In this document: positions 1 to 10,437 of the stretch, in pieces | Layout: every line of letters begins with the position of its first letter | Numbering within the stretch: position 1 is the stretch's first letter | Assembly (NCBI GenBank): GCA_030602715.1 | Contig: JAUVZD010000001.1 | Span: forward strand, 364,557-428,556 | Reading direction: 5' to 3' | DNA from: Candidatus Coatesbacteria bacterium | GTDB taxonomy: Bacteria > RBG-13-66-14 > B26-G2 > JAUVZD01 | Length of the DNA: 64,000 nt | Translations under genes and position numbers: made by a program | The notes under the pieces: generated by a model | What the model was told of the DNA's origin: nothing | What the model saw: the letters and a program-made list of their open reading frames with translations, nothing else | Databases searched by the model: none

Positions 1-921
1 ACCATAGGCAACAGAAAGAATACGGTTAGCGCCTTCATCGCCGTGATGCGGGGCTGTAACAACAAGTGCAGTTACTGCATCGTCCCCTCGGCACGAGGAC
101 CGGAACGCTACCGTCCGGCAGAGGAGATTATTGAGGAAGCCAAGATTCTAGCCGATGCCGGCTATCAGCAGATTACCCTCATCGGACAGAATGTAAACGC
201 CTGGCGGGAGGACGCGATGGACTTCGCCGAACTCCTCCGCCGGGTAGCCCAGAAGAGCGGTATCCCCCACCTGCGCTTCGTAACCTCCCATCCCAAAAAT
301 TTGAGCGACGGAGTAATTAAAGCAATGGCTGAGGAGGAGAACATCTGCCCCGCCCTCCACCTTCCCCTCCAGTCCGGCTCAACCAGGGTGCTTTCCGCTA
401 TGGGGCGGGGTTACACCGCCGAGGAGTATCTGCGCCTGGTGCGCAGATTGCAGAAGGCGCTGCCGGGGATAGCCCTGACCACCGACCTGCTGGTGGGCTT
501 CCCCGGAGAGACGGAGGATGATTTTTCCCGCACCCTGAGGATGGTTGAGGAGGCGCCCTTTGATTCCGCCTTCACCTTCAAATACTCCCCCCGCAAGCAC
601 ACATCGGCAAGCGAGCTGAGCGAGACCCTCACCGAGGAGGAGAAAGTCGCCCGCCTGCAATCCCTCATCACCAGGGTGCAGGAGGTGGGTCGCATCCAGA
701 ACCGCAAGCGACTGGGAAAAAGCTTCACCGCCCTCATTGAAGGTCCCGCCAAACGGGGGGGCTCTTTGGGGAGGCTGGCAAGCGGACATCCAATCATAGT
801 CCCCGAGGAACTTGCAGTCGGCAGTTGGGTGGAGGTGGAGGTCAACGATATCAGTGCCTGGACCCTTCGGGGAAGGGTCCCCTCCTCAGCCCCTGCGAAA
901 AAAGCGACATCAAAGATATAA
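1..921 (+). CDS. miaB: tRNA-2-methylthio-N6-dimethylallyladenosine synthase MiaB (5' part lies outside the window)
   Basis: Frame is open from base 1. Radical SAM motif CNNKCSYC, plus LIGQNVN, RFVTSHP, LPLQSGS and C-terminal TRAM-like region. Lies near miaA. Confidence 0.93.
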   Translation, partial: TIGNRKNTVSAFIAVMRGCNNKCSYCIVPSARGPERYRPAEEIIEEAKILADAGYQQITLIGQNVNAWREDAMDFAELLRRVAQKSGIPHLRFVTSHPKNLSDGVIKAMAEEENICPALHLPLQSGSTRVLSAMGRGYTAEEYLRLVRRLQKALPGIALTTDLLVGFPGETEDDFSRTLRMVEEAPFDSAFTFKYSPRKHTSASELSETLTEEEKVARLQSLITRVQEVGRIQNRKRLGKSFTALIEGPAKRGGSLGRLASGHPIIVPEELAVGSWVEVEVNDISAWTLRGRVPSSAPAKKATSKI

Positions 922-936
922 TATGAAAGGATTCTA

Positions 937-3564
937 ATGGGAAAAAATGAGGATAAGCACACACCGGTAATGGTTCAATACTGGCGCATCAAGAAGCGCT
1001 ATGCGGAGGAGATTCTGCTCTTCCGCATGGGCGACTTCTACGAGTGCTTTGAGGAGGACGCCCGCATCGCCTCCCGGGTGCTGGGCATAGCCCTCACCTC
1101 CCGTCAGAAGCAGAGTGACCACCCCATCCCCATGGCCGGTGTGCCGCACCATGCGGTGGAAGAATACATCCATAAACTGATTTCCGCCGGCTATAAAGTG
1201 GCAATCTGCGAGCAGATGGAGGAGCCCCAGCCGGGCAAGAAGCTGGTGGAGCGTGAGGTGGTGCGGGTCATCACCCCGGGAACGGTGATTGAGGAGGGGG
1301 CGCTCTCCTCGGCAAAAGCCAACCACCTGGTCTCCCTGGCATACGACGGGGAGAGAGCCGCCCTGGCTTGTGCCGAAACCTCCACCGGCGAGCTCTCCCT
1401 GACCTATTTTGAAGGAACCCAGGAGTGGGAGGGGATAAGGAATGAGCTGGGAAGGCTTGAGCCTGCGGAGATATTGCTCTGCGAGGGGGAGAGCCGCCTC
1501 CCCCCCTACATTGAAGACCGAACGCTGGTAAGTAACCTGCCGGAGGAGGACTACTACCCCTCCCGCGCCTACCGCCGGGTGCTGGACGGTCTGGGGGTTA
1601 CCAATCTTGAGGGCTACGGTCTGGAGGAGAACCAGTCAGCGATATGTGCCCTGGGGGCTCTATTCGCCTATCTTGAACGCACCTACATGAAGCAGGCTCT
1701 ACACCTCAGGTCACTTCGCATCTACTCGGTAAGCGAGCAGATGGTCCTGGACAGCCAGACCCGTCTCCATCTGGAGCTTACCGATGCCAGCATCCACAAC
1801 ATCAAAGGGGGAACCCTGCTCAAGGTGTTGGATTACACCATGACCGCTATGGGCAAGCGGAAGTTGCGGGAGTGGATACTGGCTCCGCTTCTGGACCCAT
1901 CCAAAATAGATGAGCGCCTGGATGTTGTGCAGGTATTCTACAAGGACACCCTCCTGCGGGAGAGCGTTCAGGGCTTGCTTACCATGATAAGCGACCTGGA
2001 GCGGCTGGGGGGGCGCATCGCCCTGGGAACGGCAAAGGGGCGAGACCTGGCTAACTTGCGGGATTCCCTGGAGGTAATACCCAACCTGCGCAAACGCATA
2101 GAGGATAGAAAAGCTAAACTTTTCGCCGGAGCGGTTGATGAGCTTTCCGGCGTGGAGAAGGTGGCGGAGATAATCGGCGCCTGTCTGGTAGATGAGCCAC
2201 CGCCCACCCTCACCGAAGGAGGCTTGGTCAAAGCCGGCTTCAATGCCGAGCTTGACGAGATCAAAGAGAATGTGAAGGGCGCTATGGAATGGATAGCCAC
2301 CCTGCAAGGTAAGGAGCGGGAGCGCACCAAGATTCCATCGTTAAAGGTGGGATATAACAGGGTCTTCGGCTACTATATTGAGGTCACCAAGACGCATCTG
2401 GCAAAAGTCCCCGACGATTACATACGCAAGCAGACCACCGTCGGCGGGGAGCGCTTCATCACCCCCGAACTCAAAGAGAAGGAGGCTCAGGTTCTCTCCG
2501 CCGAGGAGCGCACCAACCGCCTGGAATATGAACTATTCTGCCAACTGCGGGAACGGGTAGCCGAACACCTGCCACAGATAAAGCGGGCGGCGGAGGCTAT
2601 CGCCACCCTGGACTGCCTTGCATCTCTTGCCAAATCGGCGGTGGCTGGTCGCTATCGCCGCCCGAAAGTTGACCAGGGTTCCTCCATCCTGATAGTTGAC
2701 GGTCGCCACCCGGTAGTGGAGCGCTTCTATCTGGAGGAGGACTTCGTCCCCAACGACGTCCAGCTGGAGCCGAAAGAGCTCTCCATGATGATCCTGACCG
2801 GTCCCAACATGGCTGGGAAATCCACCTACCTGCGACAGGTAGCCCTCATCTGCCTGATGGCGCAGATGGGCGGTTTCGTCCCCGCCAAGAAAGCGGAAAT
2901 CGGGGTGGTGGACCGCATCTTCACCCGCATCGGCGCCTCCGACGAGCTATCCGCCGGACGAAGCACCTTCCTGGTGGAGATGAACGAGACCGCCCAGATC
3001 CTTTCCCGGGCTTCGGAGCGGAGCCTGGTGCTCCTTGACGAGATCGGCAGGGGCACCTCCACCTACGACGGCGTCTCCCTGGCTTGGGCTATAGCCGAGT
3101 TCATCCACAACCACATACAGGCAAAGACCCTCTTCGCCACCCACTATCACGAACTGGCATATCTGGCAAAGGTCCTGCCCCAGGCGCGCAACTACACCAT
3201 TACGGTGCGGGAAAAGGACGACGATATCATCTTCTTGCGCAAGGTGATGCCCGGGGTAACCGACCGCAGTTACGGCATCTCCGTAGCCCGCCTGGCCGGC
3301 ATTCCCGATGAGGTGCTCAGTCGGGCAAAAAAGGTACTCTCCCTGCTTGAGGGAATCTCCGAGGGCTTCTCCACCCCTCTGGCAAAGCTGTTCCCCGATG
3401 ACCAACAGCTCACCATCTTCCAAACCCCCAAAGAGAGCGGTCCCCCTCCACCTCATCCCCTGCTCGCCGAGCTGGCAAAGATAGACACCGACCAGCTCAG
3501 CCCCCTGCAAGCCCTCACTTTACTGGCTGAGATGGTCGCCAAAGCCCAAAGGGAGGACTCTTGA
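937..3564 (+). CDS. mutS: DNA mismatch repair protein MutS
   Basis: LFRMGDFYE mismatch-binding motif, Walker A TGPNMAGKST, DEIGRGTSTYDG, FATHYHEL. Confidence 0.98.
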   Translation: MGKNEDKHTPVMVQYWRIKKRYAEEILLFRMGDFYECFEEDARIASRVLGIALTSRQKQSDHPIPMAGVPHHAVEEYIHKLISAGYKVAICEQMEEPQPGKKLVEREVVRVITPGTVIEEGALSSAKANHLVSLAYDGERAALACAETSTGELSLTYFEGTQEWEGIRNELGRLEPAEILLCEGESRLPPYIEDRTLVSNLPEEDYYPSRAYRRVLDGLGVTNLEGYGLEENQSAICALGALFAYLERTYMKQALHLRSLRIYSVSEQMVLDSQTRLHLELTDASIHNIKGGTLLKVLDYTMTAMGKRKLREWILAPLLDPSKIDERLDVVQVFYKDTLLRESVQGLLTMISDLERLGGRIALGTAKGRDLANLRDSLEVIPNLRKRIEDRKAKLFAGAVDELSGVEKVAEIIGACLVDEPPPTLTEGGLVKAGFNAELDEIKENVKGAMEWIATLQGKERERTKIPSLKVGYNRVFGYYIEVTKTHLAKVPDDYIRKQTTVGGERFITPELKEKEAQVLSAEERTNRLEYELFCQLRERVAEHLPQIKRAAEAIATLDCLASLAKSAVAGRYRRPKVDQGSSILIVDGRHPVVERFYLEEDFVPNDVQLEPKELSMMILTGPNMAGKSTYLRQVALICLMAQMGGFVPAKKAEIGVVDRIFTRIGASDELSAGRSTFLVEMNETAQILSRASERSLVLLDEIGRGTSTYDGVSLAWAIAEFIHNHIQAKTLFATHYHELAYLAKVLPQARNYTITVREKDDDIIFLRKVMPGVTDRSYGISVARLAGIPDEVLSRAKKVLSLLEGISEGFSTPLAKLFPDDQQLTIFQTPKESGPPPPHPLLAELAKIDTDQLSPLQALTLLAEMVAKAQREDS

Positions 3565-5285
3565 GCATACAACCCCTGCCCAAGGAGATTGCCGAACGCA
3601 TCGCTGCCGGTGAGGTAATAGAGCGTCCCGCCGATGTGGTTAAGGAGCTTTTAGAAAACTCACTGGACGCCGGCGCCACCTCCATCGTCCTGGAGTTTAC
3701 CGACGGCTGGCAGAGGATGGAGGGGCGAATAGTGGTAAGCGACGACGGCGAGGGCATTGTGCCCTCGGATCTGCCCCGCTTATTCCACCGCCACTCCACC
3801 AGCAAGATACGGACCCTGGAGGATTTGCAACGGCTGAACACCTTGGGCTTTCGCGGCGAGGCGCTGGCAAGTATGGGCGTGGTGGCAGAGGTGAGTATAA
3901 CCAGCAAGGTGAGCAAAGAACCCTTAGGTCGGCGCATCTCCTGCATCGGGGGTAGGATAGGTGATATTGAGGAGTGCGGGTGTGCGGACGGCACCCGGGT
4001 GAGCGTCTCCCGGCTCTTCTACAACACCCCGGCCAGGGCAAAATTCCTGAGAAGCGAACTGTCTGAATTTCGCTACGCCAGCAGAATTCTGAGCAGGCTG
4101 GCTTTCTTTCACCTGCCGGTCGGTTTCATCCTCCGCCATAAGGGAAAGGACCTGCTATCCACCCCGCAAAGGGACAGCGACCTGCTGGGGCGGGCGGCTG
4201 ATATATGGGGGGGTCAGCTTGCCGAGCAGTTGCAAAAGGTAAACCACAGCAAGGGACCTGTGGAGATAAGCGGGCTTGCCGCCCTGCCCAGTGTCTTTCG
4301 CTCCAATACCAACACCATTTTTCTTGCGGTAAACTACCGCCCCATTCAGGACCGCAGTCTGGTCTTCACCATCTCCAGGTTGTATAAAGGCATTCTCCCC
4401 AGCGGGCGCTTCCCCATAGCGGGGATAAATATCATCGTCCCCCCCGATTTCATAGATGTCAATGTCCACCCTCGCAAAGAGGAGGTCCGCTTCCAGAAAC
4501 CGGCTCTGGTGAAGGAGGCGATTAGCGAAGCGCTTCTCCCCTTAATCGCCGGCTCCGTCACCGGCGTCGGCTTTAGCCCCCAACAATCGCCCTTAGACCT
4601 TTCCACCATCTCCCCCAGGATGAGTGCGGTGGGGACGGAACTGAAGCCCTTCACCCACCTGAGCCATAAATTAGCTGATGAGGCATTCACCACCGAAAAT
4701 GCCCAGCGAGATTGGCACATAGTCGGGCAATTGGAGAGAACCTACATCCTGGTAAGCTACGGCGGGGGTTTGGTAATCATTGACCAGCACGCCGCCCACG
4801 AACGCCTCCTCTACAACTCCCTCAGGGCAAAGAGAGCCGGCAAGACTGCACACACCCAGCCCCTGCTCATCCCACGCCCGGTGCACATGAGCGCGGAAGA
4901 GGCACGCACCCTGGAGAAGTTCCAGAATTCGCTAACGGAGATAGGCCTGGAGGTGGAGCGATTCGGTGGGGGGGTGTGGCTCATCCGCACTCTGCCGGCA
5001 GGTATCCCTCCCCAGGACGAGGAGGGACTTCTGCGGGACATTCTGGAGGGTCTAATGGAGTTGGGGCGGAGCAGTCGTCTGGAGGAAGCGGAGGAGGATA
5101 TACTCATCCGCACCGCCTGTCATGGTGCGGTGCGAGCGGGCGAGGATATGAACCCGGCGGAGATGGAGGCGCTGGTGGAGAGGATAATGTCCCTTCCGCT
5201 GGGTGAGAGGCGCTGTCCTCACGGGCGACCTCTGGTGGTGGAGATAACCGCCGAGGAACTATCCAAACTCTTCGGGCGCAGTTAA
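3561..5285 (+). CDS. mutL: DNA mismatch repair endonuclease MutL
   Basis: IAAGEVIERP, VKELLENSLDA, GFRGEAL, DVNVHP, endonuclease motif DQHAAHER, ACH and CPHGRP. Overlaps the mutS stop. Confidence 0.97.
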   Translation: MSIQPLPKEIAERIAAGEVIERPADVVKELLENSLDAGATSIVLEFTDGWQRMEGRIVVSDDGEGIVPSDLPRLFHRHSTSKIRTLEDLQRLNTLGFRGEALASMGVVAEVSITSKVSKEPLGRRISCIGGRIGDIEECGCADGTRVSVSRLFYNTPARAKFLRSELSEFRYASRILSRLAFFHLPVGFILRHKGKDLLSTPQRDSDLLGRAADIWGGQLAEQLQKVNHSKGPVEISGLAALPSVFRSNTNTIFLAVNYRPIQDRSLVFTISRLYKGILPSGRFPIAGINIIVPPDFIDVNVHPRKEEVRFQKPALVKEAISEALLPLIAGSVTGVGFSPQQSPLDLSTISPRMSAVGTELKPFTHLSHKLADEAFTTENAQRDWHIVGQLERTYILVSYGGGLVIIDQHAAHERLLYNSLRAKRAGKTAHTQPLLIPRPVHMSAEEARTLEKFQNSLTEIGLEVERFGGGVWLIRTLPAGIPPQDEEGLLRDILEGLMELGRSSRLEEAEEDILIRTACHGAVRAGEDMNPAEMEALVERIMSLPLGERRCPHGRPLVVEITAEELSKLFGRS

Positions 5286-6065
5286 AGTATTCCCCCCGCA
5301 CGTGGGGTGTGAATTAAAAAAAGGAGAAAAGAAATGAAAAAGGCTAATGAAAAGGAAATTGACGGAGAGGAAATCTTAAAGATGCTTGAAAAAGCTTGGA
5401 ACGATTTTATTGGCTATTACGACAAATGGGCGCCCAAATATTACAGCGCCTTAACATCACCAAAGGATTTAAGTGAGAAAAAAGCGAAGAAAAAGCAGAA
5501 GGATGAGCATTGGATATGTTGGACTGAAGATGATTTGATGTTACACCTTGGAAGATTCTTTTATAAGCAATTATATAAGCAATTAGGCAGAAATTCGGGC
5601 ATTGAAGTGCACTTGAACAAAATTTTAAGTTATTCAAGTTTTAAAGGATATACGTTTCAGAGTAAAATAAGAGAACTCAATAACAGCCTTAACCGAAAAA
5701 GAGGAGTAAAACTAGATTTGATAATTACCTATGAAACCAGCAAAGGTCCGTTTTTATTATGTGCTGAAGCAAAATTCTTCCACTACTCACAAGAATCTTT
5801 TAGAAGAACTGTACAACGAGTGATACAAGAGGATATAGACAGGTTAGTAGCTCTTAAAGAGCTAGGAATTGCTGAGAACGTTGTTTTTCTACTATTTGAT
5901 GATTATTATTATCTAAAAGAAAATGTAAAACATAAAGCAATTAAAAAAATTCTAGAAAAAGCCCGGAAACAAGGCATTACTGTATTTTATCACAATTCAA
6001 AAGCAAAAATAGTGAGGACGCCACATACATAATGCTCACATAGCCCTTGAATAATTCGCAGTTAA
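5277..6065 (+). repeat. 9-bp direct repeat CGCAGTTAA (5277-5285 and 6057-6065) flanking an AT-rich insertion
   Basis: The first copy is the last 9 nt of mutL. The second is 2 nt before the miaA ATG at 6068. Both read directly from the sequence. Confidence 0.7.
5334..6032 (+). CDS. AT-rich hypothetical protein, possible PD-(D/E)XK nuclease fold
   Basis: 232 aa with AAGGAG RBS. KLDLII...LCAEAKF resembles D...(D/E)xK catalytic spacing. Composition differs sharply from the flanks. Confidence 0.55.
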   Translation: MKKANEKEIDGEEILKMLEKAWNDFIGYYDKWAPKYYSALTSPKDLSEKKAKKKQKDEHWICWTEDDLMLHLGRFFYKQLYKQLGRNSGIEVHLNKILSYSSFKGYTFQSKIRELNNSLNRKRGVKLDLIITYETSKGPFLLCAEAKFFHYSQESFRRTVQRVIQEDIDRLVALKELGIAENVVFLLFDDYYYLKENVKHKAIKKILEKARKQGITVFYHNSKAKIVRTPHT

Positions 6066-6067
6066 CT

Positions 6068-7030
6068 ATGAATGAAAATCGCACTCCCCTTCTAGCAATT
6101 GTGGGTCCCACCGCAAGCGGAAAGAGCAAGCTAGCGGTAACCCTGGCTGGTAAGCTCACCGCCGAGGGTATTACCGACGGTGCGGAGGTCATCTGCTGTG
6201 ACTCCCGCCAACTGTATAAGGGTGCACCCATCGGCACCGCCACACCCAGGCCCGAAGAACGAGCGGGAATACCCCACCATCTTTATAATTTCCTAGACCC
6301 CGGTAAGGAGCTCTCCGCCGGAGAGTATTCCCGCCTGGGGAGGGAGAAGGTCACCGAGGTCCGGGGGAGAGGGAATCTGCCGATTCTGGTCGGCGGAAGC
6401 GGCTTCTACTTTCAAGCACTGGTGGACGGTCTCTTTGAAGCTCCCGAGGTTGACCAAGCCATTCGTAAAAGGCTCGTCTCCTACTGCAAGCGACGGGGAG
6501 TGGTCCGTCTGTGGCGCATACTCTCCCGCCTGGACGGGGAGAGCGGCTCCCGCATCAAACCAAGAGACCGACAGCGGGTCATCCGGGCTATGGAGGTACG
6601 CCTGCAGACCGGAAAACCCCTCTCCCAGCTTCAGCAAAATATACCCCCACCACCCAACTATGACCTGCTTGCCCTGGGCATCGCACCGCCCCGGGAGATT
6701 CTCTATCGGCTTATAGAGGAGCGGGTGGATAAGATGATAGCCGCCGGTCTGGTGGAGGAGGTTGAGGGGCTTCTCTCGCAGGGATTTAGCAAAGAAAGCC
6801 CGGTCTTCAAAGCCATCGGCTACGGGGAGATTGCCACCCATCTGGAGGGAGAGACTGGTCTGGATGAGGCTGTCAAGCAGATCAAGACCCACAGCAGGCA
6901 GTATGCCAAACGCCAGCTCACCTGGTTTAGGAGGGATAAGCGCATCAGGTGGATTGAATGGAGCGGGGAACAAGCTCCGCAGGAGCGGGCGTTGCAGTTG
7001 GTGCAGGAGTGGCTGAGAGGCGAGCGGTGA
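6068..7030 (+). CDS. miaA: tRNA dimethylallyltransferase MiaA
   Basis: GPTASGKS P-loop, DSRQLY, IGTATP, GGSGFY, AIGY, YAKRQLTWFR. Start placed at ATG 6068. Confidence 0.97.
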   Translation: MNENRTPLLAIVGPTASGKSKLAVTLAGKLTAEGITDGAEVICCDSRQLYKGAPIGTATPRPEERAGIPHHLYNFLDPGKELSAGEYSRLGREKVTEVRGRGNLPILVGGSGFYFQALVDGLFEAPEVDQAIRKRLVSYCKRRGVVRLWRILSRLDGESGSRIKPRDRQRVIRAMEVRLQTGKPLSQLQQNIPPPPNYDLLALGIAPPREILYRLIEERVDKMIAAGLVEEVEGLLSQGFSKESPVFKAIGYGEIATHLEGETGLDEAVKQIKTHSRQYAKRQLTWFRRDKRIRWIEWSGEQAPQERALQLVQEWLRGER

Positions 7031-7073
7031 GCGGGGGAGGGGATTTAGCCCGAAGGGAAATCCACTCTCCCGC
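7031..7073. terminator. GC-rich hairpin between convergent genes
   Basis: GCGGG.GGAG.GGATTT..CCC-GAA-GGG.AAATCC..CTCCCGC imperfect stem between the miaA stop and the convergent 7079 stop. Confidence 0.5.
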
Positions 7074-7078
7074 CTTTG

Positions 7079-7606
7079 CTAATCCAGGGAATATCCTTGA
7101 ACATAAAAATAGAGCAGATTGCGGAAATCCTCGGCAAGCATATTGTCATAGCCCACCACTTCGCCCTGCAGACGGATGGCGCCCTGGGGGCTGACCAGGC
7201 GATAATCGTCCCCGGAATCGTGGGTCAGGAAGAGGAAGTATTCCACGCCGACATCCAGATGAGGCACATCAGTTACTTCCACCGAGTATTTATAGTCGGG
7301 GATGTATCCACCTGGATAAATAATATCTATATAACTGTCCACACGCACATTAATAAGGCTCAGCAACTCCTCCTCCACCTCCACCTCAGCCCGGGTCATC
7401 ACCTGATGTTCCTCCATCACAAAGGGGGTGACCGCAAGCACCTTGCCCAGCACTATCACCTCAGCCATAGCCACCAGGTCGGAAAGCTCCAGTGGTATCT
7501 GCATGGCGGTCGCCGGGGACGCAACCAAGCCCAGCACCAGAACGGCGACGCCGACCTTTAAACATATCTTCCCTGCAAAGGGCATATTCAATCCTTTCTC
7601 CATCAA
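7079..7606 (-). CDS. Hypothetical secreted protein
   Basis: Signal peptide ending SPATA-MQ followed by a beta-rich domain (LSDLVAMAEVIVLGKV...PGG...VGVEYFLFL). Overlaps the rdgB stop. Confidence 0.7.
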   Translation of the reverse strand: MMEKGLNMPFAGKICLKVGVAVLVLGLVASPATAMQIPLELSDLVAMAEVIVLGKVLAVTPFVMEEHQVMTRAEVEVEEELLSLINVRVDSYIDIIYPGGYIPDYKYSVEVTDVPHLDVGVEYFLFLTHDSGDDYRLVSPQGAIRLQGEVVGYDNMLAEDFRNLLYFYVQGYSLD

Positions 7607-8229
7607 ATCTCTCCTTTTTCGGCAAGCTCCCTCAGCTTCTTGGCGGCGGAGCTGAAGGCTTTGAACCGATGACTTATGGCGTTCTTCTCCTGCGGTGAAA
7701 TCTCCGCCAGGGTCTTTCCCGTCTGGGGGAGAAGGAACATAGGGTCGTAACCGAAACCGCTCTCCCCCCTGCTCTCCGTGGCGATAACTCCCTCAAGTGA
7801 GCCCTCAACGGTAAAGAGAACCTCATCCGGAACTGCAGCCACAACAGCGGTGCGGAAGCGAGCCCCTCGCATTCCCTCCGCCACGCCCTCCATCTCCGCG
7901 AGCAGTTTTCTACAGTTATCCGCATAGCTCGCCTCAGGACCCGCATAACGGGAGGAATAGACCCCTGGAGCCCCATCCAGAGCCTCCACCTCCAGGGCGG
8001 TATCATCCGCCAGGGTCAACCTCCCCAGCACCTTCGCTACCGAAAGCGCCTTGATCTGTGCATTCTCCTCAATTGTCGCCCCGGTCTCAGCCACCTCCTC
8101 CCAGGCGGGAAGCTCCTCGGGGCTCAACAGACGAATATCGCCGCCGGGCTCAAGTATTGCCCTTATCTCCCCCACCTTATCCATGTTGTGGGTAGCCAAA
8201 GCCACCTCAATAATCCCCTCGGGGGTCAT
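7603..8229 (-). CDS. rdgB: Non-canonical purine NTP pyrophosphatase RdgB/Ham1
   Basis: LATHNMDK, ETGATIEENA, ADDTALEV, APGVYSSRYAG, GFGYDPMF, KNAISHR. Confidence 0.96.
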   Translation of the reverse strand: MTPEGIIEVALATHNMDKVGEIRAILEPGGDIRLLSPEELPAWEEVAETGATIEENAQIKALSVAKVLGRLTLADDTALEVEALDGAPGVYSSRYAGPEASYADNCRKLLAEMEGVAEGMRGARFRTAVVAAVPDEVLFTVEGSLEGVIATESRGESGFGYDPMFLLPQTGKTLAEISPQEKNAISHRFKAFSSAAKKLRELAEKGEI

Positions 8230-8954
8230 TTAATCTCCAGACCTATCGCTTTCATCTGAACGCTGCTGATCTGCTTAATGCCTGAGAGGGCAAGTTCAAT
8301 AACTTCATCTACCAGCTGTTTGCTAAAAGGGGCTGTCTCTCCGCTTCCCTGAAATTCCACCAGCTCCCCTTTGGATGTTGCCACCACATTGAAGTCCGCC
8401 GATGCGCTACTGTCCTCCTCATAGTCCACATCCAACAACAATATCCCCTCAACCAACGCACAGCTCACCGCACCCACATACTCCTTCAGGGGCCATTCAT
8501 TCAGCCATCCCTCGTCTCGCTTTCCGCTCAGGGCGAGGTTGAGGGCTACAAGTGCGCCGTTAACCGCTGCGGTTCGGGTGCCTCCGTCGGCCTGGATGAC
8601 ATCGCAGTCCACCCACACGGTATTTTCGCCCAGCTTCTTCAGGTCGGTAACCGCCCTCAGTGACCGCCCCACCAGCCGTCCTATCTCCGAACTACGCCCG
8701 CTGACAAAAGCCCTTATGCGGTCCCTTATCTTCCTGCCACCACCGGCAGTGGGGAGCATATCGTATTCGGCTGTTATCCAGCCCCGCCCCTGACCCCTAA
8801 GCCAGTTGGGAACTCCCATCTCCACCACCGCGGTGCACACCACCCAGGTATCGCCCATACGCACCAGGGCACTCCCGTCGGGGTGCATCAGATAGTTAGG
8901 GACAATCTCCAGAGGGCGCAATTCATCTTCCGCCCTTCCATCCTTGCGCTCCAT
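8226..8954 (-). CDS. rph: Ribonuclease PH
   Basis: GRAEDELRP, GWITAEYDMLP, EIGRLVGRSLR, DVIQADGGTRTAA. Canonical rph-rdgB pair. Confidence 0.97.
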   Translation of the reverse strand: MERKDGRAEDELRPLEIVPNYLMHPDGSALVRMGDTWVVCTAVVEMGVPNWLRGQGRGWITAEYDMLPTAGGGRKIRDRIRAFVSGRSSEIGRLVGRSLRAVTDLKKLGENTVWVDCDVIQADGGTRTAAVNGALVALNLALSGKRDEGWLNEWPLKEYVGAVSCALVEGILLLDVDYEEDSSASADFNVVATSKGELVEFQGSGETAPFSKQLVDEVIELALSGIKQISSVQMKAIGLEIK

Positions 8955-9013
8955 ACTCCTCCAATCATGTATGATGATATGCCATTAAATCTTCCTCATC
9001 TTTTCTCGCAGGC

Positions 9014-9829
9014 TCACAGCTCCAGCCCCTCAATCTCCGCCAGCTGGACATCAATGTGCTCCTGGTCCAGGAAGGTGCAGGCAACTTTATTAAAATCGTG
9101 GGGAATATCGGTGACGAAGAAGAGCCGACCGGAGGACTCCTTGCGTTTCGGGGAGAGCTCTCCCTGCTCCTTCAATATTTGCTCCACTTCAACCGCCGCC
9201 TGATAGGCGGAATCTATCAGCTTCACTCCACTCCCCATGACCTCACGGATGACCGGCTTTAGCAGGGGATAATGGGTGCAGCCCAGAACCAGGGTATCTA
9301 TCCCCCTGTCCAGCAGGGGGTCCAGATAGCGTTTGGCTATCAGGTAAGCCACCTCATCTGCATACCAGCCCTCCTCCACCAGGGGGACGAAGAGGGGGCA
9401 GGCACGCTCAAAGACGGTGGCGGAATCATCCAGCCGGTGAATGGCGTCAAAATAAGCCCTGCTGGCGATGGTGGTCTTGGTGCCGATCACCCCCACCTGC
9501 TTGGTCTTGGTGGTCTCCACCGCACCCAGGGCTCCACTATTCACCACCCCGACAATCGGCACCGGGGATTTCTCCTGCAGAACGTCCATAGCCACTGAGG
9601 AGGCGGTGTTGCAAGCCACCACCACCAACTTCAGGTCAAAGCGAGAGAGGAAGCCAAGACATTCCAGGGCGAATCGGCGCACCGTCTCCTCGGATTTGTT
9701 GCCGTAGGGCAGGCGAGCGGTATCCCCCAGATAGACGGTGTCCTCGTAGGGCAGGCGGGAGAAGACCTCCTTTGCCACGGTAAGTCCTCCCACACCGGAA
9801 TCAAATATGCCTATAACCCCCTCCATCAT
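9014..9829 (-). CDS. murI: Glutamate racemase
   Basis: IFDSGVGGLTV, DTARLPYG, VACNTAS, LGCTHYP. Confidence 0.97.
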   Translation of the reverse strand: MMEGVIGIFDSGVGGLTVAKEVFSRLPYEDTVYLGDTARLPYGNKSEETVRRFALECLGFLSRFDLKLVVVACNTASSVAMDVLQEKSPVPIVGVVNSGALGAVETTKTKQVGVIGTKTTIASRAYFDAIHRLDDSATVFERACPLFVPLVEEGWYADEVAYLIAKRYLDPLLDRGIDTLVLGCTHYPLLKPVIREVMGSGVKLIDSAYQAAVEVEQILKEQGELSPKRKESSGRLFFVTDIPHDFNKVACTFLDQEHIDVQLAEIEGLEL

Positions 9830-10437
9830 GGCTGTTCCATCTCCAATGGTTCATGTTTATAGCTCCAGATTTTGCCCACTATGCCGGTTATGGGCTGGGA
9901 GCAGTCCAGATGACCCGCCAGGCTCTCCACCGTATCACCCTGATACAATATCTGATAACCCTCAACCTCCACCAGATTGCTTCTCAGGGTGAGCAGGATG
10001 GCGTTTAAGGCAAGCATCTCCCCGCTGGAGCCGGTGTGCACCTCCAGTTGGGAGAAGTTCAGATAGGCGATGCCCTGCTCCACCTCAACCGATTCCAGGG
10101 TAACGACGCCGGGAAGGACCGGAAAGTGCTCCTCCTCCTGTGGTCCTTCCATTAAGGCGGTGAGCAGTTCCACAACCATCTCCTCTACGGTGTCGTGTCG
10201 GGGAAGGCGCCTCTTCTCCTCCAGTAACCTCAGCTCGTCGCCCTGCGAGGACCCGAAATAGAGCAGTGCGTTCCAGGTCTCCCCCTCCTCAGCCGGCGGC
10301 TTCTTCTCCGGCTCCGCAATCTCCTCCCTCTGCCCGATGATATAGCGTATGCCGAAATACATCCCAGCCACCACCACCAAACCCACCACCGACCATAGCA
10401 CAATCAGGGGCCAAGCCCTCTCCTTTCCCCGATTCAT
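9826..10437 (-). CDS. GerMN domain-containing membrane protein
   Basis: N-terminal TM, LYFG, LTALMEGP, AYLNFS, GSSGEMLAL, SLAGHLDCSQP. Typical amidase-GerMN-murI-rph synteny. Confidence 0.85.
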   Translation of the reverse strand: MNRGKERAWPLIVLWSVVGLVVVAGMYFGIRYIIGQREEIAEPEKKPPAEEGETWNALLYFGSSQGDELRLLEEKRRLPRHDTVEEMVVELLTALMEGPQEEEHFPVLPGVVTLESVEVEQGIAYLNFSQLEVHTGSSGEMLALNAILLTLRSNLVEVEGYQILYQGDTVESLAGHLDCSQPITGIVGKIWSYKHEPLEMEQP

